From the NCBI GenBank assembly GCA_002763225.1, contig PFAI01000037.1, forward strand, positions 2,531 through 22,747: DNA of 20,217 nucleotides. The letters are read 5' to 3'. The translations under genes and the position numbers were made by a program. Origin of the DNA: Candidatus Diapherotrites archaeon CG10_big_fil_rev_8_21_14_0_10_31_34 (GTDB taxonomy: Archaea > Iainarchaeota > Iainarchaeia > Iainarchaeales > 1-14-0-10-31-34). Every line of letters begins with the position of its first letter. Positions within the stretch are counted from its first letter, which is position 1. A model generated the notes under the pieces. The model made no database searches, had not been told where the DNA came from, and saw only the letters and a list, made by a program, of their open reading frames with translations. Shown one piece after another: positions 1 to 7,445 of the stretch.

Positions 1-578
1 CTTAAAAATTCTTTTCCCATTTTATTTGAAACAATTGAAATAAATCTTGTAAGAACTGCACCCCAGATTAGATCTATTTCTCTTCTTGCATTAGCTGATT
101 CAGCTAAAGCAAAATCAACTTTAATTAATTTTGAAAAAGAATCATCAATATCTTTTTTTGCCATTGCAGAAAACAATGCTCTTTTGATTTCAATTTTCGG
201 ATTTCCTTTTTTAATATAATCCAATGCTTCTACCCCAATGCTTTCTCCTTCTCTGTCAGCATCAGTTGCAATGATTACTTCAGAGAATTCTTTTGCTTTT
301 TTTTCCAGCAAAGCAGTAATGTTTTTTTCTGAAGGCAAGTATTCCACTTTAACTTTAGTCAGTTGTCTTAAGTCTGTGCCGGTCCAGTAATTATATTTTT
401 TTGGGAAATCCACGTCCTGAATATGCCCTCTTAAAGGAATTACAAAAGCTTTTTCTCCGTTGAAATCAAATTCAAACAACTGTGCATTTCTTTCTGAAAG
501 AGTTTTTATTTTTCCTTTTCCCAAAATTTCTGCAATTCTTTTTCCTGCAATAGATTTCTCTGATACAATAAGTTTCAA
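1..578 (-). CDS. topA: DNA topoisomerase I (type IA), N-terminal TOPRIM part; runs off the window's left edge
   Basis: Not in the ORF track. Manual translation from TTG at 578 gives MKLIVSEKSIAGKRIAEILG...PLRGHIQDVDFP...VIIATDADREGESIG...IKRALFSA...ANARREIDLIWGAVLTRF, containing the TOPRIM E-K, GH and DxDREGE motifs of type IA topoisomerases. GGTG SD-like sequence at 584-587 on the - strand. Confidence 0.95.
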   Translation of the reverse strand, partial: MKLIVSEKSIAGKRIAEILGKGKIKTLSERNAQLFEFDFNGEKAFVIPLRGHIQDVDFPKKYNYWTGTDLRQLTKVKVEYLPSEKNITALLEKKAKEFSEVIIATDADREGESIGVEALDYIKKGNPKIEIKRALFSAMAKKDIDDSFSKLIKVDFALAESANARREIDLIWGAVLTRFISIVSNKMGKEFL

Positions 579-624
579 TTAAGCACCTTTCATTCTTTTA
601 AACAAAAAAGAATTTAAATGGACA

Positions 625-1104
625 TCAAAGTTTTTTCTGCAATGACTGGGTAGGCAGAGCACTTGTTTTTTTCAGTTCACTTAAAACTAACTGGGTTTTA
701 ATATCTGAAATTCCGTCAATCAAGCCCAAATCATTGATAAATCTTTCAGCTAACTCAAGAGAAGGAACAACAACTTTTGCAATTAAATTGTATTCTCCTA
801 AAACCTGATATAATTCTAAAATATAATCAAATGACTGAAGTTTTTTTACTAAATCTTTGTGTTTGCTCATATCAGTTCTCATCTGGACAAAAATAGGGTT
901 TTCATAGCCTAAAACCTTGTAATTCAAATTAGCAGAAACAGAAGAAATCACTCCTTTTCTGATTAAAGATTCAACTCTTTTTTTTATTGCAACATCAGTT
1001 AATTTTGTTTCTTTTGCAATAGAGCTAAAAGAAGCTCTTCCGTCTTCCAGTAATTTTTGAATGACCTTGTGATCAACTTTATCCAAACTAACAACACTAG
1101 ACAT
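625..1104 (-). CDS. Lrp/AsnC family transcriptional regulator
   Basis: N-terminal HTH (LDKVDHKVIQKLLEDGRASFSSIAKETKLTDVAIKKRVESLIRKGVI) and a C-terminal RAM-like domain (LYQVLGEYNLIAKV); 159 aa. Confidence 0.93.
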   Translation of the reverse strand: MSSVVSLDKVDHKVIQKLLEDGRASFSSIAKETKLTDVAIKKRVESLIRKGVISSVSANLNYKVLGYENPIFVQMRTDMSKHKDLVKKLQSFDYILELYQVLGEYNLIAKVVVPSLELAERFINDLGLIDGISDIKTQLVLSELKKTSALPTQSLQKKL

Positions 1105-1126
1105 ACTTAGTAAAGTAAAACAAAAG

Positions 1127-1136
1127 CATATAAAAA
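1127..1136 (-). promoter_or_regulatory. Putative TATA box of the Lrp gene (likely leaderless)
   Basis: TTTTTATATG on the - strand, about 24 nt before ATG 1104. Confidence 0.55.
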
Positions 1137-1150
1137 GTTAATTTATCTAA

Positions 1151-1166
1151 CAAAAACCTGTTTTTG
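1151..1166. promoter_or_regulatory. Inverted repeat, candidate operator
   Basis: Perfect CAAAAAC-CT-GTTTTTG between the two divergent TATA boxes (1127-1136 on -, TTTAAAA 1177-1183 on +). Confidence 0.35.
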
Positions 1167-1205
1167 GCGTTTCTGCTTTAAAACATTTTATTTCTGATAG
1201 TGTTT

Positions 1206-2765
1206 ATGGGTTCATTAATCAAACCATTAGTGCAAAAAATTGCTTTTGAATGCGAGGAAGCAGGAGCAACAAAATGGGATATTGCAAAAATAGTTAAAGA
1301 ATTAAATGAAATTGAAACCCAAAGCACAAGAAAACTAAAAGAACAAGCAATTGAAATGCTTAAAAAATTAAATCCAAATGCAGCAGAAACTTATTCTTCT
1401 TTTGACCAAATGATTGTTTTTACATCCAAACAAGAACTTGAGGAATTTGACAGAGGAAACATAACCAAAAGTTTATTGAAAGAAACAAAAATCAAAAGAG
1501 GTTTAGCAGAAAAAATTTCCGGAGAAGTAGAAGAAAAAATAAAGGATTTAAAAATTTCAAATATTACTACTTCTTTAATCAGGGAAATGGTTTGCGTTAA
1601 ATTAGTTGAATTAGGTTTTGAAGATATACATAACCAATACGCCAGAGTCGGATTGCCTGTATTTGAAATAGAAAAAATTCCTGAAATAGAAAAAGAAGTG
1701 TTAAAAGAATTTAATTTAATTTCAAAAATCCCTTTTAAAGCAAAAGAACTGCATTGCAGTTCAACAATCAATATTCCTTTTATCGAAGATTTTTCATCTA
1801 AAGGGTTTTCATGGAACATTGAATTAAAAGAAAAAGAAGGGCCAGGGGAAACAATAATAATTGATTTATTAAAAGAAGTAAAAGAAAAACAAAAAGAGTT
1901 TTCTTCTTCTGTCTGCATCAATTACCTGAATTTTTGTTTGAGCAAAGCAATAGAAAAAAAAAGCAAAAACAAAATCAAAGAATTAATTGAATTCTTTTTT
2001 AAGGCAAGTGAATTAACACAAAAGTTTTGCGTCAGCATTGCCTTGTTTACCCCGCAGGAATCAAATTTCAAAGCAAACAAAAAAAACATCTGGTTTTTTG
2101 CAAATGAATTCATTAAAGCATTCAACGAAAAAAAACAAAAAAATTTTGAATTAGTTGTTTGCCTGGAAAACAAGTTCCAGTTAAAATTACTGGAAGACAA
2201 TGCATTGAAAACAAAAATTTATTTTTTAAATTTAAATAACAATAATCTGAAAGCACAGGAAAAAGGATTATATGTTAAAGGGCAGGGAGTATCAGGTTTA
2301 TCTGAAATTAACTTTGAAAAACTTTTCTTTAAAAGCCAGGGAGATGTAAAAAAATTAATGGATTCAATTGAAGAATCTGTTTTGGTAGTAAACGAATTGT
2401 TTTTAATCAAAGAAAATGAGTTAAAAGAAAAAATAAATTACTCTGATTTAAAGAAATGCATTTCATTGTATGGAGTAATGCAGGGAGCATTAATTTTTTC
2501 TAATCAAAATAAAGCTGAAGCAAAAACCATTGCAAGAAGAGTAAGAGAAAAAGTAAGAAAACTGGCAGGAAATGCAATTGTTTTAAGAAGCTTTAATTCA
2601 GTTCAGGGAAAAGAAAAATTCAGAAAATTTAATGAAGAAAAACTGGGTTTAAAAGAAAAAGAAACTGAATTAAAGACTACAAGTTATTTTAATGCAAAAA
2701 CAAGAAAAGAATTAGAAGAAGCAATAGAAAAAAACTTTGAAGGAATTTTATTTAATCCAGACTAG
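1206..2765 (+). CDS. Tandem ATP-cone protein with a degenerate NrdD (class III ribonucleotide reductase)-like body; probably catalytically inactive
   Basis: IVFTSKQELEEFDRGNITKSLLKET...AEKISGEVEEKIK...TTSLIREMVCVKLVELG...YARVGLPVFE resembles the archaeal NrdD ATP cone, preceded by a second cone-like helical unit. No C-terminal CxxC/CxxC or glycyl-radical RxxGY. ATG 1206 is preferred over GTG 1200 because of the TATA spacing. Confidence 0.7.
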   Translation: MGSLIKPLVQKIAFECEEAGATKWDIAKIVKELNEIETQSTRKLKEQAIEMLKKLNPNAAETYSSFDQMIVFTSKQELEEFDRGNITKSLLKETKIKRGLAEKISGEVEEKIKDLKISNITTSLIREMVCVKLVELGFEDIHNQYARVGLPVFEIEKIPEIEKEVLKEFNLISKIPFKAKELHCSSTINIPFIEDFSSKGFSWNIELKEKEGPGETIIIDLLKEVKEKQKEFSSSVCINYLNFCLSKAIEKKSKNKIKELIEFFFKASELTQKFCVSIALFTPQESNFKANKKNIWFFANEFIKAFNEKKQKNFELVVCLENKFQLKLLEDNALKTKIYFLNLNNNNLKAQEKGLYVKGQGVSGLSEINFEKLFFKSQGDVKKLMDSIEESVLVVNELFLIKENELKEKINYSDLKKCISLYGVMQGALIFSNQNKAEAKTIARRVREKVRKLAGNAIVLRSFNSVQGKEKFRKFNEEKLGLKEKETELKTTSYFNAKTRKELEEAIEKNFEGILFNPD

Positions 2766-3487
2766 TATTCTTTGTCAAACAAAACCAAACCAAATTTTTT
2801 CATATACAGCCTTGTTTTAACTATTTCAATAAAAGGAACAACAAAAAACAATGAAATCAGCAAAGAAACATAGTTTCCGGTCAGATAAATGAAATCAAAC
2901 AAAAATTCAATTAAAGGTAAAACAAGCAAAAAAACGACTGACATTAAAATGACTTTAAAGACAGTTGAAGGATTTTTAGCTAAAAATTCAATGCTGTTTT
3001 GAATGCTGTGAAATATTTTTCCTTCATCTATTACAATGCTTTGAGGAACAAACAAAAGCAAAACTGAAGCAATGAGCAAAATAAAGTTTACTGCAAGTAA
3101 GGGAAAAGAAAGAAAGACAAGCAAAGAAGAAAAAAAGAAAAAAACCAGAAAATATAATACAAAAAATATTGCTAAAGCAAAACCAAATTTATGCAGTTTT
3201 TCTTTTAAATAATAATTCATTCTGACATTATTTAATTTGTTTCTTACATTAAAAATCAAAAAAGACAAAAACAAAGAATAGAAAACCAGAAAAACAATTA
3301 TTGAAAGCAGTTGAACTGCCAATACAATTGGATCAACTGAAAAAATATTGTATTCCAGAAAAATGCTTCCAGAGCCAATAAAAATGTTTTCAAATAAAGC
3401 TATAAAAGAAAAAATCAATAAAACGCCGAAAAGCAGGTTTAATTTAAAATTTTCCAGATAGTCTTTGAATGCAAGCCGTAAAACCAC
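2762..3487 (-). CDS. Polytopic membrane protein (about 6 TM), function unknown
   Basis: 241-aa ORF with repeated long hydrophobic segments; GTG start; stop codon overlaps that of the convergent gene. Confidence 0.8.
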   Translation of the reverse strand: MVLRLAFKDYLENFKLNLLFGVLLIFSFIALFENIFIGSGSIFLEYNIFSVDPIVLAVQLLSIIVFLVFYSLFLSFLIFNVRNKLNNVRMNYYLKEKLHKFGFALAIFFVLYFLVFFFFSSLLVFLSFPLLAVNFILLIASVLLLFVPQSIVIDEGKIFHSIQNSIEFLAKNPSTVFKVILMSVVFLLVLPLIEFLFDFIYLTGNYVSLLISLFFVVPFIEIVKTRLYMKKFGLVLFDKEY

Positions 3488-3589
3488 TTAAAACCCTAGA
3501 AAGAACTGATAAAAACAGTTTAAATTCTTAACGAGAAAAAAAAAGAACAAGAGAAAGAAATAAATAACACAAAAGACAAATATAATTGA

Positions 3590-5170
3590 ATGAATAAAAA
3601 AACCAATATTTTGTTAATATTAATTTTATTTTTATTGCTTTTAAATTCAGTTAATGCGCTTCACTTTAATTTAAACTGGATTGCCCCTTCAACTGAACCA
3701 TATGTGCTGGAAGAAGGAATGGATTTGAATGTTCAAGCACAAATTGAATGCATTAAAGACGGAGCAGACCCAAAAGGAAGCAAATGCCAGGACGTAAATG
3801 CAACACTTTACTACTGTTTATTTAACGGAGATGTGTGCGGAAGCCCTTATGAATTAATCAGCCAGACAGGAAACTTGCATTTAGTTGACCCCGCTGCAAA
3901 AGCAAAAATTGTTTTAAGAGAAGTTGTTCCGGGAGGAATTAGTTCAAATATTGGGTGGGTAATTACATGGCCTGATGCAATTCCAGGACAAAGATACAAT
4001 ATAATTGCTGCTATTGACTCAAATAATATGCCGGATAAAAACATGGATGCAAATTTATGGGTTGCTTTAATTGAGACAAACAGTTTAGCTGGAGACAACA
4101 CCGCCCCTTATGTTGATGGAGTGGATGATACAAAAACTGAATTAATAATAAACCTTCTTGACCCGCCAAAAATAACTTGGTGCAAGTTTGCAGACAACAA
4201 AAGTTTTATTGACTGGGTTGCATGCGACGACAAACAAGCAGGTACAGTTGCTTGTGATTTTGGAGATTTAATAGAAGGGAATTACACTTATTATTATGCC
4301 TGCCAAGAAAACATAACATGGACCATGAATGAAAAACACAGTGTTGATTTTGAAATTAATTTCACAGAGGGAATGACAGTAACAATCTCAAAACCAACAG
4401 ACGGAAAAGAATTTGTTATTGGAGATAATATTGATTTTAGATCGCTTTTTGTTGATAATGGTTTTCCTTATACAGTTGAATGGGCTTCTAACCTTGACAC
4501 AGACTGGAAAAGTACACAAGAAAACTTTTTTTCAAATGAATTAAGCATTGGAAACCATGAAATAACTTTAACTAGTTTTTTTGAATACCGAAGTGGAGAA
4601 GATGCTCCAATTCAAATAATAGAAAAAACAGATTCAGTCAATATTACAGTTATTCCAATCCCTGCAGATGTATTTAATATAATTTCATTTGAAGTAAATA
4701 ATTCAACAAATCCGGGAAAAAAAATTACAACAGAAGATGAAATTGAAATTAAAGTGAAAATCAAAAACGAAACAGATAATGCTGAATGCTCTCAGTCAAA
4801 ACTAACAATAATTAATGCAGAAACAGGAAAAACAGTTTATTATTTAGAAGATCCTTTTATGGACGAGTGCGTTGCCACTCTGGTTCCTGCAAAGGGAATA
4901 CTAGAAAAAACTTATTCAGTGAATTTAAATTCAGAAGGAATTACTAAAGACAATTACAAAATAAAATTTGACGTAATGGAATGGAAAAAAGAACAAAACA
5001 AAGAAAACAATCATGCATCAACAATAATCAGCGTATTTGATCCGGTAAGAGAAATGACTGCAACAGAACTGTCTGTTTTGATTATCCCTGCAATACTGCT
5101 TGCAGTATTAATAATTTTGAAAAAAAAAGAAATCAAAGAATTTATAGACAAAAAGAAAACAAAAAAATAA
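3590..5170 (+). CDS. Secreted, C-terminally anchored surface protein with probable Ig-like (PKD/CARDB-like) domains
   Basis: Sec signal MNKKTNILLILILFLLLLNSVNA; acidic, beta-rich body with 10 Cys; C-terminal TM LSVLIIPAILLAVLIIL followed by a basic tail. Domain names are inferred by eye. Confidence 0.75.
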   Translation: MNKKTNILLILILFLLLLNSVNALHFNLNWIAPSTEPYVLEEGMDLNVQAQIECIKDGADPKGSKCQDVNATLYYCLFNGDVCGSPYELISQTGNLHLVDPAAKAKIVLREVVPGGISSNIGWVITWPDAIPGQRYNIIAAIDSNNMPDKNMDANLWVALIETNSLAGDNTAPYVDGVDDTKTELIINLLDPPKITWCKFADNKSFIDWVACDDKQAGTVACDFGDLIEGNYTYYYACQENITWTMNEKHSVDFEINFTEGMTVTISKPTDGKEFVIGDNIDFRSLFVDNGFPYTVEWASNLDTDWKSTQENFFSNELSIGNHEITLTSFFEYRSGEDAPIQIIEKTDSVNITVIPIPADVFNIISFEVNNSTNPGKKITTEDEIEIKVKIKNETDNAECSQSKLTIINAETGKTVYYLEDPFMDECVATLVPAKGILEKTYSVNLNSEGITKDNYKIKFDVMEWKKEQNKENNHASTIISVFDPVREMTATELSVLIIPAILLAVLIILKKKEIKEFIDKKKTKK

Positions 5171-5193
5171 TTAAAGAACTGCTGTTTGATTTC

Positions 5194-5210
5194 TGAATAA
5201 ACCTTATTCA
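5194..5210. terminator. Hairpin between convergent genes, possible terminator
   Basis: TGAATAA-ACC-TTATTCA (7-bp AT-rich stem) followed by ATTTCTTTT. Confidence 0.3.
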
Positions 5211-5227
5211 ATTTCTTTTGGTTTAAA

Positions 5228-5797
5228 CTAAACCGGCTTTGGATTTCTTTTTTCTTTTAATGAATCTTCTGAAACTTTTTTCATTACTTTGTTTGAAATC
5301 CATCCGGCTAAACCAGAAAAAACAAATACAAGAAAGGCATCTGCCCTTAAAGTATTCCAAAAGCATACAGTGTAAACCTGAAGGTCTCCGACAGGCAGGA
5401 CTGCTGATTGACAGGCAAAGCCTAAAGAAACATCTAAAATCAGGTTAGGGTTTCCTTGGGCAACCCCTAAAGCAACAATATTGCCGTAATAAACAATTAA
5501 CTGAACAAAAAACGCCAGAAAAGAAAATACGACAAAAAGCAAAGGAAAATAAATTGTTGAAGCTGAATTTGATTCAAAAAATTCATTTGCCCAGTCAACC
5601 AAAAAATAAATAAAGAAAAAACCAATAAAAGGCATTAAAAAAAAAGTGTAATCAAGCATGCTTGGATTTAAAGTAAAACCCCATTCATGCAAAGCAATTT
5701 CAGGGCTAATAAAATTAGTTAAAGCAGGCAAAAAAAATAAAATAAAGTAAGTTAAAGCAAACAAAAAAATTAATTTAATTGAATCTCTTGAATTCAT
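5228..5797 (-). CDS. Membrane protein (about 4 TM), function unknown
   Basis: 189-aa ORF with four hydrophobic segments and a loop containing two Cys. Confidence 0.8.
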   Translation of the reverse strand: MNSRDSIKLIFLFALTYFILFFLPALTNFISPEIALHEWGFTLNPSMLDYTFFLMPFIGFFFIYFLVDWANEFFESNSASTIYFPLLFVVFSFLAFFVQLIVYYGNIVALGVAQGNPNLILDVSLGFACQSAVLPVGDLQVYTVCFWNTLRADAFLVFVFSGLAGWISNKVMKKVSEDSLKEKRNPKPV

Positions 5798-5828
5798 AAA
5801 AACACTCTATATTTTGATTAAACTTTTT

Positions 5829-5878
5829 CAGTGCGAGTTTATCTCGCACATTTTGTTAAACCTTTTCTTAAAAGGTTT
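5829..5878. repeat. Double-hairpin extragenic element, copy A
   Basis: CA-GTGCGAG-TTTAT-CTCGCAC (stem-loop 5831-5849), linker ATTTTGTT, then AAACCTTTT-CTT-AAAAGGTTT (5858-5878). Same architecture as 6991-7041. Confidence 0.75.
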
Positions 5879-5935
5879 TGTTTCACAATTAATTTAAAAC
5901 AATTGCTTTCCAGAGTTCTTTAACAAAGTGATGAC

Positions 5936-6901
5936 ATGAATGAAGATGGTTTGCCTTGGGTAGAAAAATACAGGCCAAAAAAACTAAATGAAGTTGTAGG
6001 CCAAGGAGAAATAACTAAAAGGCTTGAAAGTTATGTTCAAAAAAAGTCTCTGCCTAATTTATTGTTTTCCGGTCCGGCAGGAATCGGAAAAACAAGTTCT
6101 GCTGTTTCTCTGGCAAACGAATTATATGACAAAGGATTTGAAAGAAATTTTTTAGAGCTAAACGCAAGCGATGAAAGAGGAATAGATGTAGTAAGAAAAA
6201 CAATCAAAGATTTTGCCAGAACAATGGCTTTTGACACAGACTTTAAAATAATTTTTTTAGATGAATCAGATGCATTAACTGCTGACGCACAACAGGCTTT
6301 AAGGAGAACAATGGAAAAATTCACTAAAACCTGCAGGTTTGTTTTAAGCTGTAATTATTCTTCAAGGCTGATTGAACCACTGCAAAGCAGATGTGTTATT
6401 TTCAGATTTAAGCCATTAAATTCAAAAGACATCGAAAACAGGTTAATAGAAATAGCAAAAATTGAAGGACTGGAATTAGAAAAAGATTCATTAAAAGCAA
6501 TAACTTATGTTGCTCAAGGAGATTTAAGAAAAGCAATTAATGTATTGCAGGCAAGCTCTGCAGTTGACTCAAAAATAAAATCCAATACAATTTTTACTGT
6601 GAGTTCCAAAGCAAAACCAGAAGAAATAAAAGAATTAATTAAACTGTCTTTAGCAAAAAAGTTTTTGGAAGCAAGAGAAAAACTTGATGTATTGCTTTAT
6701 GAATATGGAATGAGCGGAGAAGATTTAGTATTACAGTTATACAGGGAATTAATTGACATGCCTGAAGAAGAATTAAGTGGTAAAACAAAAATTGAATTGC
6801 TTGACAAAATAGGCGAAACAAATTTCAGAATAGTTGAAGGAGCAAACGAAAGAATCCAATTAGAAGCATTAATTGCTCAGTTCATGAAATACACTAAATA
6901 A
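5936..6901 (+). CDS. rfcS: Replication factor C small subunit
   Basis: RFC boxes: PWVEKYRP, Walker A GPAGIGKT, LELNASDERGIDVVR, Walker B IIFLDESD, AQQALRRTME, SRC arginine finger, GDLRKAIN. No intein. Confidence 0.98.
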   Translation: MNEDGLPWVEKYRPKKLNEVVGQGEITKRLESYVQKKSLPNLLFSGPAGIGKTSSAVSLANELYDKGFERNFLELNASDERGIDVVRKTIKDFARTMAFDTDFKIIFLDESDALTADAQQALRRTMEKFTKTCRFVLSCNYSSRLIEPLQSRCVIFRFKPLNSKDIENRLIEIAKIEGLELEKDSLKAITYVAQGDLRKAINVLQASSAVDSKIKSNTIFTVSSKAKPEEIKELIKLSLAKKFLEAREKLDVLLYEYGMSGEDLVLQLYRELIDMPEEELSGKTKIELLDKIGETNFRIVEGANERIQLEALIAQFMKYTK

Positions 6902-7063
6902 TTAAAACAGCTGGGCTGAAAGCCCTGCACCGGCACTCGCGGACGGAACCACGAAAGCTCAGTTCATGAAATACACTAAATAAATTTAATCAGTACGGCT
7001 TTACGCCGTACGTTTTGGCAACTTGCCTTTTGGAAAAGGCAGTTTATGAAATATACTAAATAA
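6875..7063 (+). repeat. Three direct copies of the rfcS 3' end separated by 55- and 56-nt structured spacers
   Basis: GCTCAGTTCATGAAATACACTAAATAA at 6875-6901 (the gene end) and identically at 6957-6983; CAGTTTATGAAATATACTAAATAA at 7040-7063 (22/24 match). Confidence 0.95.
6991..7041. repeat. Double-hairpin extragenic element, copy B
   Basis: CA-GTACGGC-TTTAC-GCCGTAC (6993-7011), linker GTTTTGGCAACT, then TGCCTTT-TGGA-AAAGGCA (7024-7041). Confidence 0.75.
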
Positions 7064-7112
7064 AACCAAAACCAAAAAAATAAATAACACTAGTTCTATT
7101 ATATTCAGTAGT

Positions 7113-7445
7113 ATGAGTTTACCGGCAGCATTAATGAGCATACTTGTTCCTGGAACAGGGCAGGTTTACCACAGAAAATATGTTGAAGGCGCAATAATAT
7201 TTTTTTTGTGGGGGGTGTGGATTATTTTAACAACTTATTTCATTAAACTTGAATTAGTTTTTGTTTTAGTTGGCTGGCTGTTTTTTGTTGCATTCAGTTC
7301 AATTGATGCAATACTGTTTGAAAGCAAAAAAGTAAGAGAAGAAGACATCCAAATAAAAGAATTTGAAGAAATGGAAGAATCCACAGAAAAAAGAAAAAAA
7401 TTCAAGGAAATAGATGACAAAGTCAGAGAAGCATTAAATGACTAA
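7113..7445 (+). CDS. Small membrane protein with a PGxGQxY motif and a charged C-terminal tail
   Basis: AALMSILVPGTGQVY followed by two hydrophobic helices and an E/K-rich tail; 110 aa. Confidence 0.75.
   Translation: MSLPAALMSILVPGTGQVYHRKYVEGAIIFFLWGVWIILTTYFIKLELVFVLVGWLFFVAFSSIDAILFESKKVREEDIQIKEFEEMEESTEKRKKFKEIDDKVREALND

Noticed and set aside
5936..6901. Intein in RfcS (a common insertion target)
   Set aside because: The protein is 321 aa with contiguous GKT, ELNASD and SCNY motifs.
6902..6956. tRNA or tRNA fragment
   Set aside because: GC-rich, but there is no cloverleaf, no TTCRA T-loop and no acceptor stem.
6875..7063. CRISPR array
   Set aside because: The first repeat is the coding end of rfcS, the repeats are non-palindromic, the 55-56-nt spacers share a hairpin architecture, and there is no leader or cas gene in the window.
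6875..7063. DGR variable/template repeat pair with hairpin
   Set aside because: The repeats are only 24-27 nt, the differences are C/T rather than adenine-specific on the coding strand, and no reverse transcriptase is nearby.
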